From positions 39,744,001-39,808,000 of the forward strand of contig NC_086097.1 of NCBI RefSeq assembly GCF_963921235.1: a stretch of 64,000 nucleotides of DNA, read 5' to 3'. This document shows, piece after piece, positions 1-12,150 of this stretch (positions within the stretch are counted from its first letter, which is position 1; each line of letters opens with the position of its first letter). Below the pieces are notes generated by a model. That model had not been told where the DNA came from. It saw nothing but the letters and a program-made list of their open reading frames with translations, and ran no database searches. Made by a program: the position numbers and the translations under genes. Source of the stretch: Mobula hypostoma (taxonomy: Eukaryota).

Positions 1-539
1 GGGAAAATGGTTCTGGTGATTAGTCGGTCAGCCCTGCTCCAGGACTTCACAGGAGCTCGCAAGGCAGTGTCTGAGGATTAATCATCTTCAGCTGATTCAT
101 CAGTAATGTTCAAAGGTTTCAAAGGTACATTTAATGTCAGAGAAATATTTACAATATACATCCTGAAATTCTTTTTCTTCACAACCATCCACAAGAATGA
201 CAGTTAAAGGTTAGAACCCCAAAGCCACCCCCCAGCTTCCCCTTCCCACGCATAAGCAGCAGCAAAGTGACGATCCCCCCCACCAGCAAAATTAGCATCA
301 GTGCCCCCCCCCCACCGAGCACTCAAGCGTGCAGCAAAGCATCAATAAAGACACAGACTTGCAGTACACCAAAGACTACTCGTTCACCCGGTAATTCGAC
401 ATATCACAGGCTCTCTCTCTCTCCCTAATAAGGGAAAAAGAGGTGTCTCCGTTTCACGTTTGGTTAGAAATGGGAATTGTTTTTTGATGATTGCACAATG
501 TTTAATTCTACTTACAACTCCTCAGTAAGTGAAGCAGCC

Positions 540-1190
540 CATACCTGCTTGCAGCAAGACCTAGACAACATTTAGTCATGAATTGTTAAGAGATAAATAA
601 CATTGATAATAAAAGAAATGCTTGACAACAACCATTACAAACAAGAAAGTGTACTTACCAAACATTGATATTCAATGGCATTTTCATTGCAAAGTTCTCC
701 ACCATCAATCTTCTAAAGTCACCATTAATCAGAAGCTGAATGGGATCAGTTACATAAGTACCACAGCTATAAGAACTGATCAGATGATGAATATCCTACA
801 GTGGGTGACCACATCCTGACACCCCAAAGCCTCACTACCATTTACAGCACAGGCCATGAGGTATGATATAATACACTCCGGTAACTCTTGAACTTTAACA
901 TCTTTCAGGACAAAGTAGCACTCCTGAATGGTACTTCGGCCATTATTCTGAACATTCATCCCTTACAAAGTGCCGCACTAGTGACTACAGTGACAAAATG
1001 CACCTCCAGCCCTTTTCTCTACCACAAGGACAGCAGGCAGATGGGAATGCCATCACCTTTGAGTCCTTCTCCATTCTAACTTGACTTGGGACACATATCA
1101 TGAATCTTTCTTCATTGTTGGGTCCAAGTCCTGAAAATTGCTACCCAACATACTGTAACAGTACCTTTACTAGAACCATGTTTAAGAAGG
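540..1190 (+). mobile_element. Old, decayed CR1/L2-group LINE fragment (RT C-terminal part)
   Basis: cagcaagacctagacaacatt (QQDLDNI-like) and later segments resemble the CR1-group ORF2 end; many stops. Confidence 0.5.
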
Positions 1191-1371
1191 CTTTCAGGAA
1201 CATTTCTGAAGGAACTGTTAGATCCGGGCACAGCGGCAGCCTCTCCCCTCTCCAGTACAGAGCAACCAATCAAAAGGCAGGCAGCTGGTGCCTGCCCTCT
1301 GCGCACGCTTCAATGCTTCAATCTCCTTCGATGAGCATGGTGAAAGCTTTCACCAGAACATCTACTGCCTG

Positions 1372-1532
1372 AGTCAGTGGTGGAGGCAGATACACTCGTG
1401 AAGCTTAGGAGACTACTAGACAGGTATGTGGAGGAATTTAAGATGGGGGTTATATGGGAGGCAGGGTTTGAGGGTCGGCACAATATTGTGGGCCGTAGGG
1501 CCTGTAATGTGCTGTACTATTCTATGTTCTAT
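1372..1532 (+). mobile_element. CR1 LINE 3' end
   Basis: VVEADTL..LDRY ORF2 end followed by a tctatgttctatg tail. Confidence 0.8.
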
Positions 1533-2271
1533 GACATTGCGGTCATGGAAACCATTTCCAGGGCAACTGGAATCCATCAATGCTGGCTGATTATTGTTGG
1601 ACACTTAAGCGAGAAGCCTCAGACACTGAGTACAAATGAAATTCATCAACAAAACATTTTTAGCTTTGTTAAACTATTGCAAAGTGTTAGCACCGTTGTG
1701 CAATTAAACACATTATATTCAATGAAAGTTGATTTCTTGTTTCTCCAAATTCCCTATGTGATACAAGTAGTCTGAAATTATATTTGTATTCTGCTTCAAA
1801 TGGTCTATCACATACATAAAAAATTTCAGAGGAAGCAAGACTTTCGAAAAATTTGTTGTCCAGTGTTATTGAAGCAATTGGTGTTCCTCTAATTAAACAG
1901 ATTAGATTTAGATGACAATATATTACTGTATGGGGTAGAATTTCTGACTCACAGCTCCAGTGATGCAGGGTCAATCCAACGTTCAAAGTTCAAAGTAAGT
2001 TTTATTATCGAAGGACATGTACTGTAGGTTACATTATATAAACCTGAGATTCATTTTCCTGTGGGCATACTCTATGGAATGGCAGCTATACCAGGATCAA
2101 TAAAAGATCAACTAGAGTGCTGAAGACAACAATCTGTACAAATGCAGATATATATAACCTGACCTGAGATGCCTTCTGTGTGGAGTTTGTCCGCTTTGCT
2201 TGTGGTTACATGGATTTCTCAGGGTGCTCTTATATTCTTCCATGTCCCAAAGACATGCATGTTGGAAAGTT

Positions 2272-2307
2272 AGTCCTGACGAAGGGTCTCGGCCTGAAAC
2301 GTCGACT
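2272..2307 (+). ncRNA. Minimal type I hammerhead ribozyme motif (Penelope-associated)
   Basis: AGTC-CTGACGA-a-gggtctcggcct-GAAA-C-GTC-GACT: core boxes intact, stem I AGTC/GACT, a stem II, helix III reduced to palindromic ACGT; predicted cleavage after C2303. Confidence 0.75.
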
Positions 2308-2367
2308 GCGCCTCTTCCTATAGATGCTGCCTGGCCTGCTGCGTTCACCAGCAACTTTGATGTGTGT
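2273..2367 (+). mobile_element. Penelope-like element terminal mini-insertion (about 95 bp)
   Basis: 17-bp TSD tgcatgttggaa(a/g)gtta at 2256-2272 and 2368-2384; gatgctgcctggcctgctg end shared with the GIY-YIG-linked copies at 46140 and 62980. Confidence 0.8.
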
Positions 2368-2788
2368 TGCATGTTGGAAGGTTAATTGGTGACTGTAAAT
2401 TTTTCCTAAAGTTTAGGTGTGTGGTAGAACCTGGGGTGAGTTGATGAGAACACAAAGAGATTAGTGCAGGGTTAGTGTAAATGGTGTTTGTTGGTTATTT
2501 CTGACTTGGTGCTGAAAGGCTTGTTTCTATGCTGACCTATGGCTTTTCGGGTAAGTGGAAGGTGAGTAGTGGAAAGACGAGACATGACATAGGAACACGC
2601 TCTTATATGCTGTCTCACTCATAGATCCAGGGCTGTATGGAGACCACTGTGAGCCTTTGCACTGCTGAGTACTGCAAGGCTCTGCAGTGGTGCTTTATTC
2701 CAGTCAGTGGCAACATGACTTCAACTCAGTTCCTCCTGCCCATGTGATCTCTTGTGTATTGAAATCTAGCAGCAGTCGATCACCAGCT

Positions 2789-3378
2789 GTGTACATACAT
2801 CTACTGATGCTTCTGGACACATCTTCAGTGATGTTCCTGGAATCATCGGGTGTTTCAGGTCTTTCAACATCATACATCCTCCTCCAGGTGACCCAGCCGG
2901 GGCTGATCAGACCCCAGCTTGTGTCTAGATGGCTAGCTACTTATGACTCCATGGCTCCCCTCTTTTGAGCCACGGCCATCTTGAGGTCTTCTCTGCCGCA
3001 TCGATGGCTCTCCTCTTCCTCTCTCCCTCGATGCCCAAAATGCTGAAGGCTCTAACTAAAGAACGGGCTACGAATCCCCTACAACCAACCTCCACTGGGA
3101 GACACCTCGCTCTCCATCCAGCCTGCTGACAGTTGCTGACCAGTCCTGCGTTCTTGGAGAGCTTCCTTTCAAAGGCCTCCTCCAAGCTATCTTCCCATGG
3201 GACTGTCAGCTCCAGCAGCACCACTTGCTTAGTAGAGTCAGACGCTAGGACAATGTCTGGTCGCAGGGTGGTGGCTGCGATATGATTGGGGAACTTCAGC
3301 TGCCCTTCGAGGTCCACCAACAGCTGCCAGTCTCTTGCAGAGGTCGGAATGCCTGCAGATGTTCTTTTTCTTGCGACG
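2789..3378 (-). mobile_element. 5'-truncated Hero/R2-superfamily non-LTR retrotransposon (restriction-like endonuclease C-terminus plus 3' UTR)
   Basis: ORF 2937..3416: RDWQLLVDL..LRPDIVL..VVLLELTVPWE..AFERK..PVEVGCRGF, the PD-(D/E)xK-type RLE domain. Confidence 0.85.
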
Positions 3379-3644
3379 GAGTGTGGTTTGTGGCGAAGCT
3401 CATGTGGAACTGGCAATTCTGGCAGACTATGAAGGAATTGTGACTGGGGCCAGGAAACTGCCGCAGTTCCGAACTAACCTTCCAACTTGCACAGTTTAGG
3501 AATGTGAGAGGGAACCACAGCACCTCGGGAAACCCATGTAATCACAGGGAAAACCTGCAAACTCCACACAGGTAGCCTCTGAGATCTGAGAACATTGTGA
3601 CCATCAGCTAAACTATGCCCCTTCTTAGCTGTTGTCGTGCTAAC

Positions 3645-3980
3645 ATCAAAGTCAAATTTATTACCAGACTACGTACATTTCACCACATACAACCCTGAGA
3701 TCATTTTGCTGTGGGCAAACTTAGCAAAGTTATAGAACAGCAACTAAACTGTAAACATCGGGAACTGTTAACCATAAACAAACTGTGCAAATGCAAATAT
3801 AAATAAATAACATGAAATAACAATATAACAGAGTTCTTAAATGAGTGTAGTTATTCCCTTTTGTTCAAAAGCCTGATGGTTGAGGCTGTTCCTGAACCTG
3901 GTGGTGCAGATCCTGAGACTCTTGTACCTTCTACCTGATGGCAGCAGTAAGAAAAGAGCATGGCCTGGGTGGTGGAGTCC
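3645..3980 (-). mobile_element. Rex1/Babar-type LINE 3' end
   Basis: Reverse strand matches the other Rex1 3' ends here (ccatcaggtagaaggtac...caggttcaggaacag; ctttga tail). Confidence 0.75.
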
Positions 3981-6790
3981 CCGCAGAATACCATGACCTG
4001 GGACAGGTATTCAGCAAACAATGAGCTCTTTCCCTGCCTCCGCACCACCCGTACGATTGCGCTATCGACCTTCTCCCCGGGGCCTCGTTACCCACCGTTG
4101 TCTTTATAACTTATCCCGACCGGAGAGAGAGGCCATGGAGAAATACATCAGTGAGTCCCTTGCGGCGGGCATTATTCGACCTTCATCCTCCCTGGTGGGC
4201 ACCGGTTTCTTCTTTGTAGAGAAGGATGGGTCGCTTCATCCCTGTATTGATTACCGAGGCCTAAACAATATAACAGTTAAAAATAAGTACCCACTACCCC
4301 TCATTAACTCGGCATTTAAACCACTTACCGGAGCCACCATCTTCTCGAAGTTAGACCTTCATAGTGCCTACCATCTAGTCAGGATGAGGGATGGAGACGA
4401 GTGGAAGTCAGCCTTTAATACACCTTTGGGCCACCTCGAATACTTGGTCATGCCGTTTGGCCTCACCAATGCCCCCGCCGTTTTTCAAGCCCTCATCAAT
4501 GATGTACTGAGGGACATTATAAATCACTTCCTGTTTGCCTACCTAGATGATATCTTAATATTTTCTAGCAGCCCCCAGAAACACATTCACCATGTCCATC
4601 TAGTCCTCCAGAGACTGTGGGAGAACAAGGTATTTGTGAAGGTGGAGAAATGTGAGTTCCACATCCCTTTGGCCAGCTTCCTGGGCTACATCATCGAGAG
4701 CGGGCAGGTGAGGGCAGATCCTGAGAAGATCCGGACGGTGGAAGAATGGCCCAGACCCACAACCCGCAAGCAACTTCAGCGTTTTTTGGGGTTTGCAAAC
4801 TTTTATCTCCAATTTATCAGGGATTACAGTTGGGTGGTGGCGCCCTTTACCCGACTTACCTCGCCTACCACACCTTTTTGTTGGGACTCCGAGGCTGATT
4901 TGGCATTCACTGCCCTGAAGAGGCGGTTCACAACCTCTCCCAACCTGGTCCAACCGAACCCCTCCCGTCAATTCATTGTTGAGGTTGACGCCTCCGACTC
5001 CGAGGTAGGAGCAGTCCTGTCCCAATGTTCAAGTCCGGATGAAAAGCTTCATCCCTGTGCCTGCTTTTCTTGTTGACTGTCCCCCGCTGAGTGGAATTAC
5101 GACGTGGGGAATTGGGAACTACTGGCGCGGCAGTCAAGCTAGCATTGGAGGAGTGGAGGCACTGGCTGGAGGGGGCGGAATACCCATTTATTGTTTGGAC
5201 TGATCATAAGAACCTGGGATATATTCAGACCGCCAAACGTTTGAGCTCCCACCAGGCCCATTGGGCATTATTTTTTGGATGGCTCAAGTTTTCCCTCATG
5301 TACCATCCAGGGTCCCGGAATGGGAAGCCGGATGCGCTCTCCCGCCAATACGACTCCAAGGAGGACACTTCCAGCCCAGAGACTATCCTCCCACTGTCCT
5401 GTGTGGTGGCAACCCTCACTTGGGAGATTGTCCACAATAAAGGAAGCCCAACGGGATGACCCCAACCCTGGCAATGGACCCGCCGATCGCCTGTTTGTGC
5501 CTGATTCCGTCAGATCTCAGGTTTTCCAGTGGGGGCACACATCTCGGTTTGCCTGCCACCCCGGGAGTGATCGGACCCTGGCTCTCCCGAAAAGACACTT
5601 TTAGTGGCCTTCCATGGAGGTGGATACCCGTTCCTATGTCTCTGCATATTCCATCTGTGCCCGTGGAAAAGCCTCCCATCGGCCACATGTGGGTTTACTT
5701 CGTCCCCTACCTGTCCCTGGTCGTCCTTGGTCTCACATTGCCCTAGATTTCGTCACCAGTCTACCCCCTTTACACAGAAGCACCACCGTACTCACTGTGG
5801 TAGACCAGTTCTCCAAGATGGCACACTTTGTAGCCCTCCCTAAACTCCCTTCTGCTCAGGAAATTACAGACCTTCTCATCCACCACGTCTTCCGCCTCTA
5901 CGGAATCCCCGTGGACATCATCTCCGATCGAAGTCCCCAATTCATCTCGCAGGTATGGAAGGCCTTCTGTCAAGCCTTGGGTGCCTCGGTCAGCCTGTCA
6001 TCTGGCTTCCACTCACAGACGAACGGGCAAACGGAACAGGTCAACCAGGATTTGGAGGTGGTGCTACGTTGCATAACAACCAACAACCCATCTACCTGGA
6101 GTGACCACCTTGCATGGGTTGAGAATGCCCACAACTCTCCGGTTAGTACTGCCATTGGAAGGTCTCCCTTCTAGTGCTCCCTTGGGTATCCATCCCCGCT
6201 ATTCCCCGCGCAAGAAGAGGAGATTGTGGTGCCGTCCATTCAGGCCCATATCGATCGGTGCCGCAAGATTTGGGAGGACCACACACGGACCTGCTGAGAT
6301 CAGCCGATTGCAATAGGAGGATTGCCGATCAACACCGGACTCCTGCGTCTGAGTATCATCTTGGGCAGATGGTGTGGCTTTCATCCAAAGACATCCCTCT
6401 CAAAAACAAGCCTAAGAAACTTGCCCCTCGCTTCCTGGGACCTTTCAAGGTCGAAAGTATCATCAACCCCACAGCAGTCCGACTTAAGCTACCAAGATCT
6501 ATGCACATCCACCCTACTTTTCATGTTTCCCAATTAAAACCACTTTCCATCAGTCCCTTGTGTCCTCCGACCGAAACCCCTCCACCCGCCCGGATCATCG
6601 ACAACCATCCGGCCTACACCGTCTAGCGGCTACTAGATGCGCGCCGTCAGGCAGGAGCCTCCAATACCTGGTCGACTGGGAAGGGTACGGCCCAGAGGAG
6701 CATTCCTGGGTTCCCTGCTCCTTCATCCTGGACCCTTCCCTCATCCAAGACTTCCACCGGGACCATCCGGACAAGCCTGGAGGATTGCCT
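3979..6790 (+). pseudogene. pol: Disrupted gypsy pol: RT (4021-5076), RNase H (about 4970-5460), integrase (5614-6174), GPF/SH3-like region (6174-6626), chromodomain (about 6640-6780)
   Basis: [90 protein letters not shown]; several stops and frameshifts. Confidence 0.93.
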
Positions 6791-6819
6791 GGACACTCCC
6801 ATTGGGGGGGGGCGGGTAT

Positions 6820-7210
6820 TGTCATGGTCCCATCTGGCCATTCCCCATATTTCTATTACCTCCTTAATTGGGCCTTAATCCTCTCATCTGATTTCCAGTC
6901 ATTCCCAGTTTCACTAATTACAGCATACCTGGTTCCCATTAGTGAACATAGGATAAAACTCCGGTGACACAGCCATACTTTGCCAGTTTGTTGGTCGACT
7001 CTAGTGTGAGTAAACCTCGTTTCCTGATTCCTTGGGACTGTCAGTTCTAAGCTCCGCATCATTTCCTGGATACTCTACATAAACCTTGTCTCCGTGTAAA
7101 GATTCCCCTGGATACTGGTTCCCCGTTCGCAGCGGTGCTAACGCCTCAGGACTCTGCCTCCGCGCCTGTGTCCTGCACTTGGGTTCGTCCTCAGCTTTGT
7201 CCTTGCAACA
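6820..7210 (+). repeat. 3' LTR of the gypsy element (about 391 bp)
   Basis: Starts tgtcatgg just after the G-rich PPT (6804-6816) and ends ttgcaaca. Confidence 0.75.
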
Positions 7211-7610
7211 GTGTTCTTTTCTGCAAGTGAGAATGTTTTAACTGATGGCCCTCACTTCCACTATTACAGGTTATTGACAGTCAGTGTTTGTCTGGTGTTG
7301 TAGTCCAAAGGGTATATCAGGATCTCTACACAGAGTAGCAGTGAGATAAATAATCATCTAATTTATTTCAGTCCTTTGGTTCAGGAGTAGATAGTCACCC
7401 AGAAAATTTGCTTGCTCCTTTTTAACTTGTGCCATTAACTTCTCCTGTTAGAAGATTTAACATAGAATGTCGTACAGAACAACACTTTGCTGCTCCCCCC
7501 TCCCTCCCCCTGGTGCCCCATTGAACTCAATGTGGGTGAATGGGGCACCACGTTCAGCATGGACAAATTGGGCTGAAGTTTCTCTACTGTATTACTCTAT
7601 GACTCTAAGT

Positions 7611-7676
7611 CAGGGGTTCCCAACTTTTTTATGCCATGAACCGATAGCATTAAACAAGGGGTTCGTGGGACCCCTG
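7611..7676. mobile_element. 66-bp hAT (Charlie-like) MITE
   Basis: Ends caggggttccca / tgggacccctg; perfect 8-bp TSD ctctaagt at 7603-7610 and 7677-7684. Confidence 0.85.
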
Positions 7677-8710
7677 CTCTAAGTGGTAAATGGTATCTCA
7701 GAGTTTCTCGTACTTCAACTCTTAAAAGGATCTTATCAATTTTATCTCTTCATAGATGTGGCCAAGGCAAGGTTATTTTTTGAAAAACACATAAATGAAT
7801 GGGCGGAAAGTTAACAATCTTGAATTTTAATCTGGGTGAATTGAGACTAGCTCATTATACTGAAAGCTCAGCATGCCTGAGTGCTCATCATGAAACTACT
7901 TTTCAATCAAACAGCCTAATTATGGTTCTTCAGTATTAATGGATGGAAATTATTCTGCAAAACTGTATTCAGGATTTTAAATATTCACAGCAATTAAATG
8001 TATGATAAATGTTAAGACTGATTACTACTTTTGACCTATATTTCTCAAAGTCTATAGTATTCTTGAACAGTTAAATTATATTTTTAAGCCTCAGCATGGA
8101 TGTCAGATCTCATCTGTGCATGACTGACTCACTATATTTTAACAAATCAGTCCCCAGCCTAGGAATCACTGTCATGAGTGGTTTACCTTGGAAGAGTTGC
8201 TTGCCCTCCACATGTACTGTGAAAGGAAGCATTTGATATCCAACTGCTGTGACAGCCAGGAGAATCAACCATCTTGTGATGGAAAGGACAACCCATCATT
8301 CATGAAGTGTCCAATTACTGAATGGTTGTCTCTACTGAATCCAGTCTACATTAAGGTCTTCTAGGAAGCAATCGCTCCAGTAGATATAATTCAAGTAGAG
8401 AAACCATTGGTCCCGCATTTGCAGATTAGTCAGGACAATGATTTTTACTGAGTCTGGCAAATTCATGTAAAATCATGAAAGCAGAAAAAAATGATGACAT
8501 CTGCTCTGCAAATGTGATAATTGCTCTCTGATATTGATTTCCTTTGCTCCAATTTATTCCACTATGGAATAATTTTGTTTTGCACATTCTGATTTTTGAA
8601 ATGAATACACATTGTGACATTAGTGTGGCAGGTAAGGATGCCGTGCTCTTTCCTAATTGACTCTGAGAAAATAGTAGAAAGTTACTTTGAGTATGCATCA
8701 AAAAAGTAAA

Positions 8711-8956
8711 TCTATCATCAGTGTATGTCTATGTCACCATATACTATCTACTATCAGTGTGTATACGTCACCATATACTATCTATTATCAGTGTGTGTAT
8801 ATGTCACCATATACTATCTACTATCAGTGTGTATATGTCACCATATACTATCTATTATCAGTGTGTGTATATGTCACCATATACTATCTACTATCAGTGT
8901 GTATATGTCACCATATACTATCTATTATTAGTGTGTGTATATGTCACCATATACTA
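8711..8956. repeat. Minisatellite: 7 units alternating 36 and 34 bp
   Basis: Unit tcta(t/c)tatcagtgtg(tg)tatatgtcaccatatacta; runs directly into a Rex1-type 3' UTR (8957-9040, minus). Confidence 0.92.
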
Positions 8957-9526
8957 TCCTGAGATTCATTTTCTTGCAGACATTCACAGTAGAACAAAGA
9001 AATACAATAGAATCAATGAAAAGCTACACTCAGACAATGACTGTAGTATTTACAGTAGTTGTATATGGTTCACATGGCTGAAGGTTTTCAGCATTCAGGC
9101 TCAGTAATCATGAAGAAATTGTAGTATACAGTATTTGAGACTGCTGCTTGACCAGGCAAAGAGAAACTCAGGAACTGGTAGCATCCCCACAGGCCAGTGC
9201 TCTTGTCCTTGTAGATGGTAATTTGGAATGTAGGAGAGTAATTGCAGTGTGTTGTGGTGCAGTTACCCACTGGAGCCACGCTGCACTGGCAGGGGCAGGG
9301 GTGGGGGTGGAGTGGATGACTTTAAGGAGATAGGGAGGTTGCCAATTAGTTGTCCTACATTGGATGCTGTGAGTGTCGCTGGTGTTGCACTCATCAAAGG
9401 AATTGGAGAGTATTTCATCACATTCCCAAATTGTACATTTTAGATGGTGGAAAAGCAATGAGATGTCAGACAGTGAACCATTCGCTGAAGAATATTCTGC
9501 TTGGATTCATGTGGGTGATTTGTTCA

Positions 9527-10530
9527 ATATAGATAGATACTTTATTGATCTCAAAGGAAATTATAGTGTCACAGTAGCATTACATTGCACAGATATACAC
9601 ATATTAGAAGAGAAGTAAGAAAGAATAAAAAATAAGTTACCGCAAACAGTCTAACGGGGGGGGGGGGGGGGGCATCACTTCCCTGGCTATAGTTTGACTC
9701 ATTATAGAGCCTAGTGGCTGAGGGCAAGAATGACCTCATAATAGTACACTTTAGAGCAACACAGTTGTCTTACTCTATTACTAAAAGTGCTCTTCTGTTC
9801 AGTCAAAGTGGCATGCAGAGGATAAGAAACATTGTCCAGAATTGCCAGGATTTTACGTAGGGTCCTTTATTCTACCACAGCCTCCAGTGTGTCCAGTTTG
9901 ACTCCTGTAACAGAGCCAGCCTTTCTAATCAGTTTATTGAGCCTGTTGGCATCACACATGTTGATGCCATTTTCCCAGCACGCTACCACATAGAAGTTTG
10001 CACTGGCAACAACGGCTTGGTAGAACATGTGAGGGAGAGGCCTGCATACTCTAAAAGGCCTCTGTCTCCTCAGGAAGTAGAGGTGATTCTGGCCCTTCTT
10101 GTACACAACCTCTGAGTGGTGCTCCACTCAAGTCTGTCATCCAGGTATGTGTAGGTCCTCACTACATCCACATCCTCACCATCAATAGTAACAGGGAGCA
10201 GTGCAGGCTTAGTCTTCCTAAAGTCCATCACCATCTCCTTTGTCTTACTGATGTTGAGCTGCAGATGATGCAGCTTGCACCATTTGACAAAGTCCTCCAC
10301 CAGGGCCCTGTATTCATCGTCACGTCCTCTCTTTATACATGCAACTGTTATTGAGTTACCAGAGAATTTCTGTAGATGACATGACTCAGTGTTGTATCTA
10401 AAGTTTGAGGTATACAGGGTAAACAGGAAGGGAGCCAATACAGTCCCCTGTGGGGCCCCAGCGCTGCTTATAGCCATGTCTGACACACACAGCTCTGAAG
10501 CCACACAAACCGTGGTCTGCCAGTCAGGTC
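9527..10530 (-). mobile_element. 5'-truncated Rex1/Babar LINE inside an older CR1-group fragment (about 9280-10760)
   Basis: ORFs 10070..10504 (GAPQGTVLAPFLFTLYT, LQLNISKTKEMVMDFR) and 9867..10127; (atct)n tail near 9530. Confidence 0.88.
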
Positions 10531-11605
10531 ATATCTTGTCATTACCTACTCTCTGTATGTGATAGTGGGGCAAACAGCAAAGTTAATACCTTCTGCTTAG
10601 AAAAGATAGTTAGACTCGCTCTTGTTTGAGATGGTCATTGCCTCACATTTGAAAGTTTCACGCCCAAATCTGAAAGATGTGTATGTCGTGCTGCACATGA
10701 GAATAGACAGCTTCATCTAAGATGCAACTTTGAATTGAGCAAGCATCAGTGAAATGAAGTTATATAATACAGAAACTGCTCAGCTTGTAAGGACTAAAAA
10801 ACCAGCTTACACCAATTCTATACCATTTTTATTTTGCCCATATAGTTATCAATGAATCCCCCCCCCCCCAAAGTCTCCATCTCACCTACACACACCAGGG
10901 GCACTTTTCAGTGACCAGTTAATCCACCTATTCGCATATCCTTGGAAAGGGGACAGAAACCGGAACACCTGCTAGAAACCTAGGCAGTAACAAAGAGAAG
11001 ATGCAAATTCCAGACAGACAGTATTGGGGATCAGGATCGAATACAGACCAGTCAGTGTAGCCGTGCAGCAGCAGTTCAACAATGTCTCTCACCCCTTTTC
11101 AGTGAGGGAGTGCCAGTGATGATAGATGAGCCTTGGATTATGTTCTGTGGAACTCGCACAGTGAATCACTGTTGCAGAAGTTGTAAGTGTTCAACAACTG
11201 TAGCTGATATTTTTAAGCCTACTGTCCTTTAATATTTTAATTAGCTTGCATCTTGTAAGAATATAATTGCCCAAAGCCAAAATCCTTCTGTTACTCACTA
11301 TTTATTTCTGTCTTCTCACTAAGGGTTCTGGGTCTCCTGCTATGACTTTGGAAGATAATCAGATTTGCTCCTGTGTCCTAATTCATACCAACTTTCCACC
11401 CAATTTGCTGTTGCCAGCAGATAGAATCTAACTGCATTCTCCTGACTTTCCAGCTCAGAACTTCAGATCTTTCATTGCAGCTTTCTTTCAATCATTAAAT
11501 GTGAAGTATAAAAACATGTTTATTCGGAACACGTCTTGAGTTCCTTATCGAAAATTATCATAGTTATTTGACTATCTGCATGATATAGTTGGACATAAAT
11601 ATCCG

Positions 11606-12150
11606 GTTTATTATCACCGGCATGTGTCACAAATTTAAATGTAAATTTAACTTAGCAGCAGCTGTTCAATGCAGTACATAATATAGAAGAAAAAAATAAA
11701 ATAGTAATAAATAAGTAAATGAATTACCTTATATGTATATTAAATAGATTAAAAATCGTGCAAAAAGCAGAGATAACATATATTTGAAAAGTGAGGTAGT
11801 GTTCACGGGTACAATGTCCATTTAGGAATCGGATGGCAGAGGGGAAGAAGCTGTTCCTGAATCACTGAGTGTGTGCCTTCAGGCTTCTGTACCTCCTACC
11901 TGATGGTAACAGTGAGAAAAGGGCATGCCCTGGGTGCTGGAGGGCCTTAATGATGGACGCTGCTTTTCTGAGACACTGCTCCTTGAAGACGTCCTGGGTA
12001 CTTTGTAGACTAGTGCCCAAGATGGAGCCAACTAAACTTACAACCCTCTGCAGCTTCTTTCAGTCCTGTGCAGTAGCCCCCCACCCCCCACCTTTCCCAC
12101 ATGAGACAGTGGTGCAGCCTGTCAGAATGCTGTCCATGGTACTTCTACAG
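11606..12150 (-). mobile_element. Rex1/Babar LINE 3' portion
   Basis: Closely similar to the copy at 39410-40640 (aaatttcgtgacacatgccc...gataataaacc 3' end). Confidence 0.8.

Larger units (their letters stand above)
1930..2535 (+). mobile_element. V-domain tRNA-derived SINE, interrupted by a Rex1-type 3' tail (about 1981-2155, minus) and a Penelope mini-insertion (2273-2367)
   Basis: Degenerate box B (gggtcaatcc), then tgtggagtttg...ggatttctcagggtgctc...cccaaagac...ggttaattggtgactgtaaat, matching the better copy at 35944. Confidence 0.65.
3973..7210 (+). mobile_element. Ty3/gypsy chromovirus (Sushi-like) LTR retrotransposon lacking 5' LTR, gag and protease
   Basis: Domain order RT-RNaseH-integrase-chromodomain, then polypurine tract and a TG...CA LTR. 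Confidence 0.93.

Noticed and set aside
4600..5025. Antisense ORFs over gypsy, CR1 and Rex1 coding regions (also 47577-47855 and 53975-54379)
   Set aside because: Shadow frames of transposon ORFs
8711..8956. CRISPR-like array of 34-36 bp repeats and overlapping repetitive ORFs
   Set aside because: Units are contiguous with no unique spacers, there are no cas genes, and the unit derives from a LINE 3' UTR
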